From NCBI GenBank assembly GCA_965153455.1, contig OZ234494.1, positions 9,300,001-9,364,000 on the forward strand: 64,000 nt of DNA, given 5' to 3'. The stretch is from Sphagnum compactum. Taxonomy: Eukaryota. Under the pieces are notes generated by a model. It ran no database searches. It saw only the letters and a list, made by a program, of their open reading frames with translations, and was not told the origin of the DNA. Position 1 is the first letter of the stretch, and each line of letters opens with the position of its first letter. Positions 27,268 through 38,756 of this stretch are shown here, one piece after another. The translations under genes and the position numbers were made by a program.

Positions 27268-30200
27268 CATAAGGTTCTTTCATCTTATTGACATTCCATT
27301 GTTTTGTATTAACATATGCTTATGGCAGGGTAATGCATTGAAGCATGGCTTATGTAGTTTGTCTGTTTACTTGTTTATGTTTTTTCCAACCTTTGTTAAA
27401 AATTTTGAACACATTTGCAATCAAATGCTATTTGATTGCAACACCTTTCTCTCCCAACCTTGCATAGATAGTGTTTCCTTTAATATGATAAGTGTTGAGA
27501 AACTCCTCTAGCTAATCACGGCATGCTGCTTTCCATTGTAGTTCCAACAATCCTACTAGTCCTACTCTAGATGCCCATTTCTTTTCATCTTTTCCCATCT
27601 TGACCTAGGTTGTAATTCTCTTTGACTTTTGAGTATATGTTTGCTATATTGGTGTGAAATCAACCTTTCTAGTTTTAGTGAAACCCTAACGTGCCATTGT
27701 ATTACTTTTTAAATTCTTCTTCTTGGGCTTATATTGACTAAGATTTAAGGAATCTGCAATAGTCAATGGTGCAAATTCTACTGTTGGTTGTGGTGCTAGA
27801 GTTGTCATGTCTTAGTTATTGAAGAAAGAAGAGATTATCTTCATCCTCGTCCTCTGAATTTGTCAACACCATGGTATTTGCTTCCGCCTATGGTCTTGAA
27901 ATTCCATGTTTTCTCAAAACGCAGTCACTTCTCACTTCTCAGTGTCACCTTGCTAATGAAGTAAAACTCCAAACCTCTTATTTGTATTTAGTTAGGATTT
28001 TATACTAAGAAAACGTCAAAATTATATTCAAAACCAACAAAGATTTGATTGATTATCTCGAAAGAAACCCAGTTCTAGTTATTTGGGGTTGGTTGCATTG
28101 AAAACCTACCATGGGATCCCGGGGAATGGTGTTGGAGAAACATCCCCATGCTTGGGGATGTGCCCTTTTTTGGATACATTTCCAAAAGAGGGTACAAAAT
28201 TCATTCCAAGTGGGTGTTTCCCATTTCCATGGGGTTAAACTTCATTCAAAAGATGAACTTGATCACCATTTTTTATCAACAAATCCTAGCCAGATTTTGG
28301 CATAATGCTAGACCCAAGAAAGTGGGACTTTAATTTGGTTAATTTTCAACAAAGGGTTTTTGATGGGCTCTTGGCTCCAACGAATTGGAATTGAACCTAC
28401 CTACCAAGTTTGTCAGATAGGTTTGATTGAGATTCCACAACATTGCCTTATGTTGTGCGATAAGGCTACGCTAATTTAGGCTACTTTCATGCGTCTTTGG
28501 AAAATTTGGGGAGCTATTAGCAACTTCTCCATAAGCTAGCACTTCATTCTTCTTGGCGAAATAGCTATGGAACCCAAGGATGGCGAACCCTCAACTCACA
28601 AATTGCACGTTAACAATTTAGAGTTCCACATCCCTTTGATTTGTTGCGTAACTTCGTAATGTACTCTCTTTGGACTAAGCGCTATAGGAAGCACTTTCAA
28701 TAGGACTATTTTACTTCTAGAGTGTTATTCCAAGCTTGGACCACTATAGTCGAGGTTGGGATGGCAACTTAGAAAAAAATTAACAAAGATAGGCTTCTTA
28801 CAACCTAATAAGTAGATACAAATTGAGCATGACTTTATTTTTACTTGGTGTTTTGAGGGATTTATTTGCTTGTAAGGAAAAGGCCATCAAGTGGTCTTTC
28901 GTGCTTCCTTTTTTTTTTTGGACTCTGATTTAATTATGTGATAAGGTTGTTGCCCTCCTTCCTCTTGTTTTGGGGTTTTTCTCTGTATCAAGGGGGATAA
29001 GACCTCATCTTAACACATAGATTGTGAGCTTGCCTTTCAAAACTCTTCCTCTCCTTCCCCTTATCTTGCTCACCCATATCCTAGTAGAATGTTTATTTTG
29101 CTAGAATTTCATTCTCACTTTTTCAACAAAACTCCTCTTCTACTTAACACAATGAGTTGGGTTAATTTATGGCCAACAATATTCAAATTTTACAACTCAT
29201 GTTTTGAACCTTTGTCTTGAAGAGTTTTGAGATGTAAAAGGGGTGAGCCTTGTGGTCCGAGAAGGTAGAAATTTGGTGAAATTGCTTTGCAATCACTATT
29301 GTACCCATTGCCCAAGCATTGTATAAAAATCAGTGCAAAAGATGAGGTTTTAGAGTAATTGAAGCATGGGGACATGAAGATTGGTTTGCATCTTGTAATG
29401 TTAGAAAGATTTTGAAATGAAAGACTGTTTTGCAATAGATGGCAATCAATAAAGAATGGAATGAGTTGGAGGTTAATAAGTTTGAAGCAAGTATCATCAT
29501 GGATACAATTCTTATTAGTATCTAGTGGAGTAATGATTAGTTGTTGGTCATAATATCAACACCTATATTTGTCCTTTGATAGGAAATTTTTTATAAACTC
29601 ATGGACTAGTTCATTGAGTTTGTGAAAAACTTATGAGTTGTGTAACTAAAGAGAAAAAAAGGTTATATCAATCTTACACAATAGGTGCTTGTTCATCCAT
29701 ATCTCATTACATTTTGCAAGTTTTGGTTTGGATCCAAAGTCGAAAGGCAAAGGCCTAGAGAAAATTAAGTGATGAAAGGGTTAAAGATTGTTCATAATAA
29801 GTTTATTCCCAATTTACAAGATCAAGTTCTTTGTTAAAGTTCTTGTTGATAAGCAACTTATCACTTCCTCTTTTCTTACCTTGCTGCCAGAGTTGTGGAA
29901 AAGAAGTGCCTACCAATGAATGGTGGGAGTCCTATGGAGGTGAGACTCATGAATTACAAAAAATGGTTATTCAATTGGTCCATCAAATGACATGAACATC
30001 ATCATGTGGGACAAAACTCTGGAGTTCTTTTGAGTATGTTCACTCAAAACCACTTTTCATCAAAGAAAGCAAACAACTTAGTTTATTGTGTTTTGACAAC
30101 ATTAGATCACATGACAAAGTATTTGATCCAGATTACAAATGATCTTTTGTTGAGTGGCCTAGTGATGATGAAGAATGAGATTGTGGGCACACTCTTAACT

Positions 30201-30528
30201 TTTCGTTGCAATGGCAGCAAAAGTTTGTGTAGTCAGTGTACTCAGAAATTCACTATGTTCCACACTCATGTTTGTAGATGTTGAGTTTAGAGTACCTATA
30301 ACTTTGTACCCAGTGACTATGGCAAGCCTCTTGAGAGCAAATAAAAATCTCTTCTGAAAGCTGAGAATGTCCAGTTGATGAACTCTGCATGGTTCACTAA
30401 TAATGAAGCAAAACCTGGAGTAAACCCTAAATTCCACATATCAAAGAATCAACAGCTGCCTCTCATATTGGTGCCATGGAGAAAATTGTTCTACTTTCAG
30501 AGCAAGAATCAATGTGGGAATGTGGCAT

Positions 30529-32766
30529 TCATGAAAACCCAAATTTGAAGCCCCCTGTCTTCACATCAGTGATTGTATCCCACATACAAGCCTTCTGATT
30601 CTGCAACTTTCTTGCTTCTGCTTGCTGTTGAAGGGACTCAATAGAGCCTGGGAAAAGCTGCTCATATTTTGACCGGAACTTCTCATATAGATTCACACGA
30701 TCCATGGTCCCAGAGACCAATTCCTTTGAGTTTGGTCTATTCAAAAACTCCAGCACATTCAAAAGATTTCTCCTGCCACAGCATCCACACACTCATACAT
30801 GTCACTCAAACATGCGTCACTAAGATCCATGGGGAAATGGGAGGACTGAGAGCTTATGGACACACACACACGAAAATCAGCAATCAGCACATCTATATGA
30901 AATCACCGAGAAATCTCCACAACAACAATGAAAGGGTAACATGACAATTAGTGCAGTCATAACCTTATGAGAGTTGCTCAAAAAGTATCAGACCATGACC
31001 TTCATCACAAAATAGAGGTATGAGCCACCATGACTACCCACCAATTTCATCAGCTCCTGCAGTAACTGCTACAGAGAATCATACATGACCTATAGCTATG
31101 AAATTGCAGACAAATCTCCACAAGAACAATTTGAACATCACACATCAATGAGTGCAGTCATAACCCTATGAGAGTTGCTCACAAAGTATCAGACCATCAT
31201 CACCTTCCTAAAACAGAACATATTGACAGATAACTTTAATCAACATATACTTGCTGTTGCTTTGTGTTCCTGTCTACGACTGCACACACCTGCTGACATA
31301 ATTCTGCGTGACTGCAATGGAGTCCTCCAAGTTGATGACAATATGCCACCAGCCCCTCGGTACAAACACAACCTCACCTTCCCGACAGATACACTCCACA
31401 GGTTTCTCCTTGCGCTGCTGTGTCACCCCGTAGTAATTCATGAACCACTCTGTTATGGACACTGGTGATGCAACATCAGCCCCATCTGGACTTGGATGGA
31501 CCCCTGGTGGTACAACCTCCGGAGGATAAAGAAGCCATTTCTTAGAACCCCTCACTACAGCATTCCAGGCAGAGGTGCTATTGGGATCAATGTGGAAGGA
31601 GGAGCCAGACCTGGCTGGGCCTGCAATCAACCATCTGAAGTCTGGACGATCGTTCCCAAGTATTGAAAACAAATCCTCCCTGAAATAGACCGGGATGTCA
31701 TAGTCTGCAGCTAGTTGCGGAGCTTTCTCACCAAATTTCGAGTCAAAAATATACAGTGGCCGCTCTTCCTTGACAGAATCAGCATAAGCAAAGTAGTCAT
31801 TCAGCTTCAAGTTGATGGGTCCAGCTGTGAATACGCAATCTCCTGCCTTGTTTAGCAGATACAGCCTATCCCACTTCTTCACTGCAGGCCAGCTCTTGAG
31901 CACTCCAGTTAGGAGAACAGGTTTATTCGGTTCCTCAAAATCTCTTATGAATTCCTCCACTGAAGGTGCTTCTCGCCGTTCTATGTTGTCAGTGCTTAGC
32001 CACTCGTCTTTGATCTCCAGACTTGCACACAACCAGCTCTGGAAAATGTAGTCTGAATAGAAATCTGTCACCTGATGAAGAATATTTTCAGAATAATCAG
32101 GAACACAGCCCAAAAAAAATCCGTCCAGGAAGGAATGGCTTTCGAACAACAAAGAGCGTTTTTCCAGCTTTCAGTTTTTTGTGGTATTTTTCCCCGTCTG
32201 ATAAATGAAGAGAGTGACTGCAAAACTCAGACCTTCAGAGGGACATGTGATGCACCGGTGAAGCCAGGCACTAAAGATGATGCAAGAAACGTGCTTTTCC
32301 AACAGCCCTTGAAAGCAAGCTCCCCCGTAAAATTCTCGAGCACCACAGTCCTCCACAGCGAATCCTGATGCGCAAACACATAGAAAGCTTTGCTCACCAG
32401 AGCAAGTCGACCTAAATCCTTGCTTCCTAAGTAGCCGAGGATATCCAGGAGAAGCGCATCAGGGAGAACCTGAAGAGAACCGAGTCCCACGTTCCTGACA
32501 TTACAATTCGACGCATTGAGGAACATGTTTCCAAGCGGCTGCACCCCATAGCTGTGAGATCCCCTTTGCAGCCCGAAGGAGAAAAGCTCTGGAACAGCAG
32601 ACACCTCCTCGTCTGGTGGACTCTCGGAAGACGCCAATGAGTTGGAAAACGTAAAAGCAGCAGCAGCTGCTGCTGGTACCACCGCAGGAACAATAACTCT
32701 CGATTCTTCTGCGGCCAACTGCCTGTCCCGCATCCTCCGGCGCCTGGCAGGCCTCGTGCGTGTCAT
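30529..32766 (-). CDS. JMJ22: F-box + JmjC domain protein (JMJD6 group, JMJ22-like), 3 exons, ~519 aa
   Basis: Exons 32766-32233, 32071-31290, 30772-30529 (GT-AG, 1560 nt). F-box LQVLPDALLLDILGYL...LALVSKAFY; JmjC signature RPDFRWLIAGPARSGSSFHIDPNSTSAWNAVVRGSKKW...GEVVFVPRGWWHIVINLEDSIAVTQNYVS with HxD...H iron ligands; C-terminus GGFKFGFS. Confidence 0.92.
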
Positions 32767-32817
32767 AGCTGGTGCTTTGCAGCTCTGTTCTAGCGTGTTG
32801 CGTTGTTCCTTCACAAA

Positions 32818-32857
<40 letters not shown>

Positions 32858-33183
32858 TGAGAGCGCCAATCCCTAACCCTAATCTTCACACTGCACTCTT
32901 TCCGGAGAAACATTGGGAGCTTCAAACCCTAACCCTAATCTTCGCAATGCCCTCTTTCCGGAAATCAGCACCGAGTTGCGTGATTCGCACTTTTGCTGGG
33001 TAGGTACTCAATTTTACGGCCTCGGGGTCGCTTTTCGATGCAGCAACTGGCCAAGAAATGGGAAGCGCAAGGAGTGGGTGAAATTCTGCTCGGAAATCGC
33101 GACAGGATTTGACGATCTGCGACCCAATTTTTTGGTCTGAAAAAAAAGCTCGCGAGTTGTTTCCGAGTTTTTCTAAATTCACC
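32767..33183. promoter_or_regulatory. Compact bidirectional promoter/5' UTR region between JMJ22-like and PEX7
   Basis: 417 bp separate the divergent ATGs. Contains a (CT)n tract at ~32823-32855 and duplicated CCCTAACCCTAATCTTC units at ~32871 and ~32927, including the telo-box AAACCCTAA at 32924-32932. Confidence 0.65.
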
Positions 33184-36105
33184 ATGCCGATGTTCAAGAC
33201 CGCCTTCAATGGCTATGCTGTAAGCCTCGCGACTTGCCGTAGTCGTTTCTTCTTCGCGTTCATTTACTTTCACGCCTTGTTGTTGTTGATGTTGTTGTGG
33301 GGGTCTTTTTGATACTGGAGTAGTAAGGGAGAGAGAGTTGAGGGTGGGGGCACACTATGGTGGTGGGGACTTGCAGGTAAAATTCAGTCCATTCTTGGAA
33401 TCACGATTGGCGGTGGCCACTTCGCAGAATTTCGGGATCATTGGCAGCGGCAGACAGTATGTGCTCGATGTACGTAGTATGTAAACTTCATCGTCAAATT
33501 ACACCCCTTGCAAATTCGGATTCAGGAAATTCTCACTGGAGCATCAGGAAATGCTCACTGGAAGCTTCTGTGTACAGAGAGCAATTTACAGATGAGTGAA
33601 TGAACTTGTATTTGTGTGAATTCCTTGGTACTGATTTTCCATGCATGGGATCTTTCTGGCAGCTGACTCCGAATGGATTTGTACCAGTTTGCTCATTTGA
33701 TACACCTGATGGCCTCTATGATTGTACCTGGTCTGAGGTAGCCGGTTTTCCTCTTTTTCTCATCTTTTTTTTTTTTTTTCTGTTTATGAGAATCACTTGC
33801 ACATTCTTTGTAATTGTATCAAATTGTAAGTGTGGAGATGTTCTCGGTACATCTGAGATTATGTTCTTCCATTACTTTGCATAAGTGGTGATAAGGTCAG
33901 ATCGGTGAGGAATGTAGCTCTAGATCTCTGTGGAGGAGTTGGATTTTACATTCATTGGCAGAATATCCTCTACACACAATGCAGTATTTCAAGGTCTCTT
34001 GGTGGGGTTCATGATGGCTGTGAGACACATTCACATGGTTTGTCTAATTGACCCAACAGGAGAATGAGAATATTCTTGTCTCTGCAAGTGGAGATGGCAG
34101 CGTGAAGGTAATTTCCTTCCTCTACATGTATTGGTTCTCTCTCAGACCTGAAGCATTTGAAGGTTCAATTTTGGCTGTGTCATGACTTCTTTGCTGAATT
34201 TTCCTTTGCTGTATAGTTTGCATTACATGATTTTGTCTTAATGTGCATGGAAACCAGAGAGAAAATGGCTTGAAGACGGCAGTGATGCAACTCACCAGTC
34301 ATAGGGCTGATAGTGATGTGCTTGCAGTTGTGGGACCTAGCAGCACCTCCAATGGCCAACCCTGTCAGCAATCGTCAGGAACATTCACATGAAGTGTAAG
34401 TAACTGCTGTTTCTTCCTCTGGCCTTTTGTATGACCCTCTAACGAGCACTTTCCATAGGTGTTCTATTTACTTCACAGATGCTCTTTGATCTTGCCATGG
34501 ATCACCCCAGGACCTACAAGTACAAGCAAGCACTTGTGTTTGTGGTGTTCCTATTGTAGCACTAGCCTCTTCAAGAACTTTGACCCTAAATTTATGCATC
34601 CATGTTTCAGAGGAGTTGAGGATTAGCATAAAGTGCTAGTCCTGCTGGTGGCATAGCTTCAGGACACTCTGGCAAAGCACATTGATTCTTTTGTGAAGTT
34701 TGGGGCAGACTGTGAACATGTTTAATGTATTTTTACCTTTGTCCCACTACTAGACCTGGCCCTGAGCTGTGAAAACTGGTCATTACCTTGCTGTCTCCTC
34801 CTTTTCCCTGCCCACCCACCCTTTCCCCCTACTGCTTTCCTCCTATTTATCCAGCATTGTCCAAACTGGTGTGGTAATATGGTCATGGCAAGTAAAGTCT
34901 GTGCTTGCAGCTTCACCACAAGTGTGAGGACTTGTACCTTGTTTCTTACTCAGAACACTTCTGTCCTGCTATTGAAAGAGTTGTACTTTTGACTTATGGT
35001 TTTATTGGCTGATGAAACCAGGGCTTCTGTGGACTGGAATATGGTGAGGAAAGATTCTTTTCTGAGCAGCTCATGGGATGACACTATTCGGGTAATCCAT
35101 CATTCCTTTCTATGAAGTTCAAGATGGTGGATCTCCCATTTGTCTGAAAGCATAGCTTCTTTGTCCTTCCAAAAGAACATTGTGGTTTCTAACCAGGGGA
35201 AATCAAGGAACTTGGCTTACATGTGTGGAATAACATATTCTGGCTGTATCAATATGCCCTATCTCTCCAGTTTAAAGCAGTGACTGCTCTGAGTCTGTAT
35301 TGGGTGTGATGCTATACTGAATCTTTGGTATGGTGCTGAATATGCATCTGCATAAAGTTAATGACTCATCTTCTACTATGTATTATGTGCGGGGAAAAAA
35401 CAGCTTTGGACAGTGGACTCTCCACAATCCTTGCGAGCTTTTGTGGAGCACTCTTATTGTGTTTACAAAGCTGTGTGGTATGGATGACCAGTCTGGACTC
35501 TCCCTCTCTCTCTCTCAATTTCTCATGCCCTCAGAGTTGCAATTAAGGTTTTGGTTTTTTGCCATCTCCATTTTCCACAGGCAGCCTGCAATTGAGTTTG
35601 CTCTACTTTTTTCTGCAGGAATCCAAGGCATGCTGATATTTTTGCATCAGCATCAGGTGACTGCACTGTCCGTATCTGGGATGTAAGGCAGCCACGTTCG
35701 ACTTACCAAATCCCAGGCCATGAAATGGAGATTCTTTCATGTGACTGGAACAAGTACAACGAATTCATGCTTGTGTCAGGTTCAGTTGACAAGTCAATCA
35801 AGCTTTGGGATGTAAGGAACCCTCGCCAGGAGCTCACCCGATTGCTTGGTCACACTTACGCAGTGCGCCAAGTTAAGTTCTCTCCGCACCAAGAGAGCCT
35901 GTTGTTGTCTTGCTCTTATGACATGACTGTTTGTTTGTGGGATTATCGAGCTCCTGAGGATGCACTTCTTGCCCGCTTGGCACATCACACTGAATTTGCT
36001 GTCGGAATTGATATGAGTACATTGGTGGAGGGTTTATTGGCTAGTACTGCATGGGATGAGACTGTTTTTGTTTGGCAACAGGGTATGGATCCCCGTGCAG
36101 CATAG
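33184..36105 (+). CDS. PEX7: Peroxisomal targeting signal 2 receptor (WD40 peroxin-7), 8 exons, ~316 aa
   Basis: Exons 33184-33219, 33377-33469, 33663-33737, 34060-34107, 34328-34395, 35022-35091, 35404-35477, 35619-36105 (951 nt). N-terminus MPMFKTAFNGYAVKFSPFLESRLAVATSQNFGIIG, then DGLYDCTWSE and multiple WD repeats, ending HHTEFAVGIDMS...WQQGMDPRAA. Confidence 0.96.
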
Positions 36106-37339
36106 ATAAAGTCATTCAAAACATCTTTCGTCTTCTCCTTTGTTTCATCTCTCCCTATGTATGTGTGTGCATGTGTCTTCTAGGTGTATGTCTTTGAGGA
36201 GACAAAAGAAATGCCTCAAACAGCATATATCACTAAATTACCAATTCCTCAAAAGAAAAGTCAGATCATTGAACTGATCTTGTGGCTACTAAACTCGTCA
36301 TCAGGTTATGACTCTTCCTGTGTTTTGAGTAACAGCTGATTTAGCCACGTTTTAAGGTGGTAATTCAGATGTCACATGGAAAATGTACATACTGAATCAC
36401 CATTCTTGTCTGACCTGATTGCAAGGTATTCAACTTTGATTTGGTTCTTGCAAATTCAAGGTATGTCATTGGAAGCTGGAATTTGCAACACATGAATGAC
36501 AACAGATTTTACAGGGTTTGCTTTGCACTAATGTTGGCTTGGCTTCAGACTTGACTTGGGTTGAGGTTTCAGAATCCAGGTACAATTCTTTTGAGTCTCA
36601 AACTCAAATCTCTTCAACCAACCTTTTGATTCAACTCTGATAATACTCTGCAAAGAGATGAAATCTTTTCATTAGTCTTGTTCCTGATCTGGAGGAAATT
36701 TTGGTTCAAATCATGGACCCATGTGAAACAGCTGGGAAGCTTGAAGCCTTTGATGTTAATTTTTTAGTTGTGAATGATTTTCTCCTCCAAAATCAAAATG
36801 GGGGGCTTGTAGATTATGATGATGTCGATTATTATGACTTTTGTGATTACAAGCCGAGATTGTTAGTAGTGGTTGTGGGCAATTGGTGTCACCTTTTGGA
36901 GGATTATCTTGTTACGTAATTTCATCATCTTTTTCTTAGAGTCGTGGCATTCATGAAGGATGTAGAATATATTTCTACTTCAACTACGAACTGCAAAGTT
37001 TGTGTAAGATTTGGAATAGAATTTTGGCTTGAATTGGGAACCAATTTGTGAACAATGAATAGACATATTTGTATTGTTGAGGTTGTTTTTTTATTAAATG
37101 CCTTAGACATTCACATTATCTAAGCATATTAAAAGATTTTATCATCTCTCTTGATTTTGTTTCAACCTGGCAATGAGCTTTGTGATGAGTCGCTTGCTTG
37201 TTATCATTTGGTTTACTTCTGTTTAGTTTGCAAACTGCACAATAATGTGTAAGCAAATGTTACATCCCAGTGCACTGTCTTCTTTCAATATTTTGAAGTA
37301 TTTGTAACCTATTGCAATGTAATGATTTTTAAGTCATGA

Positions 37340-37615
37340 TTTTTAATTAATTAATTATTTTTCATATTTGTGATGTAGTTGGACTGGTGACCGTAAATAA
37401 TACAGTTTAGCCAAATTTGGCTATAAACAGGATATGAAGGTAAAAAGGTTTGAGATTCATTCAATTTTTTGGCTACTCGGTAGAACCCTGTAAAGAAATA
37501 TGGCTACTTTTTTGAAAATGTAGAAATCTGGCGAATAGATAACCAAAAAAAAAAATCATTTAGCCATTTTGAAAATTTTTAGGCAACTCGCTTAATTTAG
37601 CCAGAAAAAAAGGCT
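37340..37615. repeat. Short dispersed repeat carrying the palindrome TAGCCAAATTTGGCTA
   Basis: Perfect 16-bp palindrome at 37408-37423 followed by TTTGGCTAC and AAATCTGGCGA motifs. A related copy lies at ~58290-58490 and a more diverged one at ~6600-6880. Confidence 0.55.
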
Positions 37616-38756
37616 ACTTCTGAACCGGCTATAGGCGGTGCGTGCTTGAAGCGGTCGGCTAGAGTGAGCCAGCACCCAAAAGCGCACCTTGGAAGGATGG
37701 ATGACCAGTGGTTAGTACACAATTTTCTGTTGGGTTCCGGTTCTCTATTCAACCCTGGTGGTTACCTTAGTTTCAAAAGCACTACCGTCGGTAGGCATCC
37801 ATCCAGTGGATGATGGTGTGCTGGTGGGCGGTGCCTGGTTCTCATCCACTCTGGCTGAAGCGAGCGAGCGGTCGATCGGCCGACGCTTTCTTTCTTTCTT
37901 TCACGCAGAAAGATGGGATTTGATCTCGCGCAAAAGCACTACCGTCGGAGAAAATCGATGATGAGATCGTGACCGCTGGATCCGAAAGATGGTAAGGGGA
38001 CGAAAGAAGCCGTCTTGTTTTGTCACCACCAGGCTGTCGTCGTCTCCTTCCTTTCTCCTGCCTCATCTCGAGCTTTCTCTGCCGAAGTAGAGATGGCGCT
38101 CCTCTCCAGGCCATCGCCGCTTTGGATTTTTGCGTACGAGGCGTAGTGCTCTTCTCCTTTTTTTAGATGTTGTGTTCTTCGTCCCCAGTTTCCTAGCTTT
38201 TTTTTTAAAAAAAATTTCCAACGAGAAACTTTTCTTGTTGCAGTGTCGGACAAGCTTCGGAAGGTTCTTTTCGTCTCTTATCGTTACTTGCACACTTTGT
38301 GGAATAGAGGAGGGGACACAAGAAGAAGCGACGGTGGTTTCTTGGTGCCGCACAGGAAGCTGTTGGTGCCAGAGAGAGTGAGGAGTTCATGGCAGCCAAG
38401 GATGTGATGTGTTCTGAACTGGAGCGTCGTGGGAGGTAAAGCGCAGCTCAGTTTCGTATAAGCTTGTTGAGACTTGAGGCCGTCTTCTGTTCTCCGTGCT
38501 CCTTACCTTTGCATCGTTATTATTGCGTTTTTTCTCTCGCTGGTGGTTCATAGCTGCACGCAAGATTGCCAAATTGGCTTTTGTTTCGCTTGGACGGAGT
38601 TAAGTCCGTTGAAGGAGCAGTGGACCGACTGCGTTCTTCACAAGGTGTATTTGATGCAACGAACCTCCTCGCTTTTGTCAATCCCCCTACCGGCAAACGA
38701 AAGCTTAGCGGAAGGATCATCAGCAGTTTTAAGGTGGTGATCAACGTGTTCTTTCG

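Larger units (their letters stand above)
23300..27872 (-). pseudogene. Decayed mobile-element ORF (plant transposon protein-like N-terminus followed by acidic and coiled-coil regions), interrupted by two insertions
   Basis: The minus strand reads KWASRVGLVGLLELQWKAACRD*LEEFLNTYHIKGNTIYARLGEKGVAIK*HLIANVFKI (~27580-27400), then KMKEPY|DIRLLALIQVIY across the 26498-27267 insertion, then EVNWVNILFKQL*KELMRW, a poly-E tract (~26030) and SNVDTWWNLAQH (~23950). Many in-frame stops. The family assignment is inference. Confidence 0.55.

Noticed and set aside
32767..32814. N-terminal extension MKEQRN... of the JmjC protein in the ORF track
   Set aside because: It begins at a GTG; the first in-frame ATG is at 32766.
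37758..38399. Cluster of short ORFs upstream of the kinase
   Set aside because: GC-rich promoter/5' UTR sequence with few stops and no recognisable domains.
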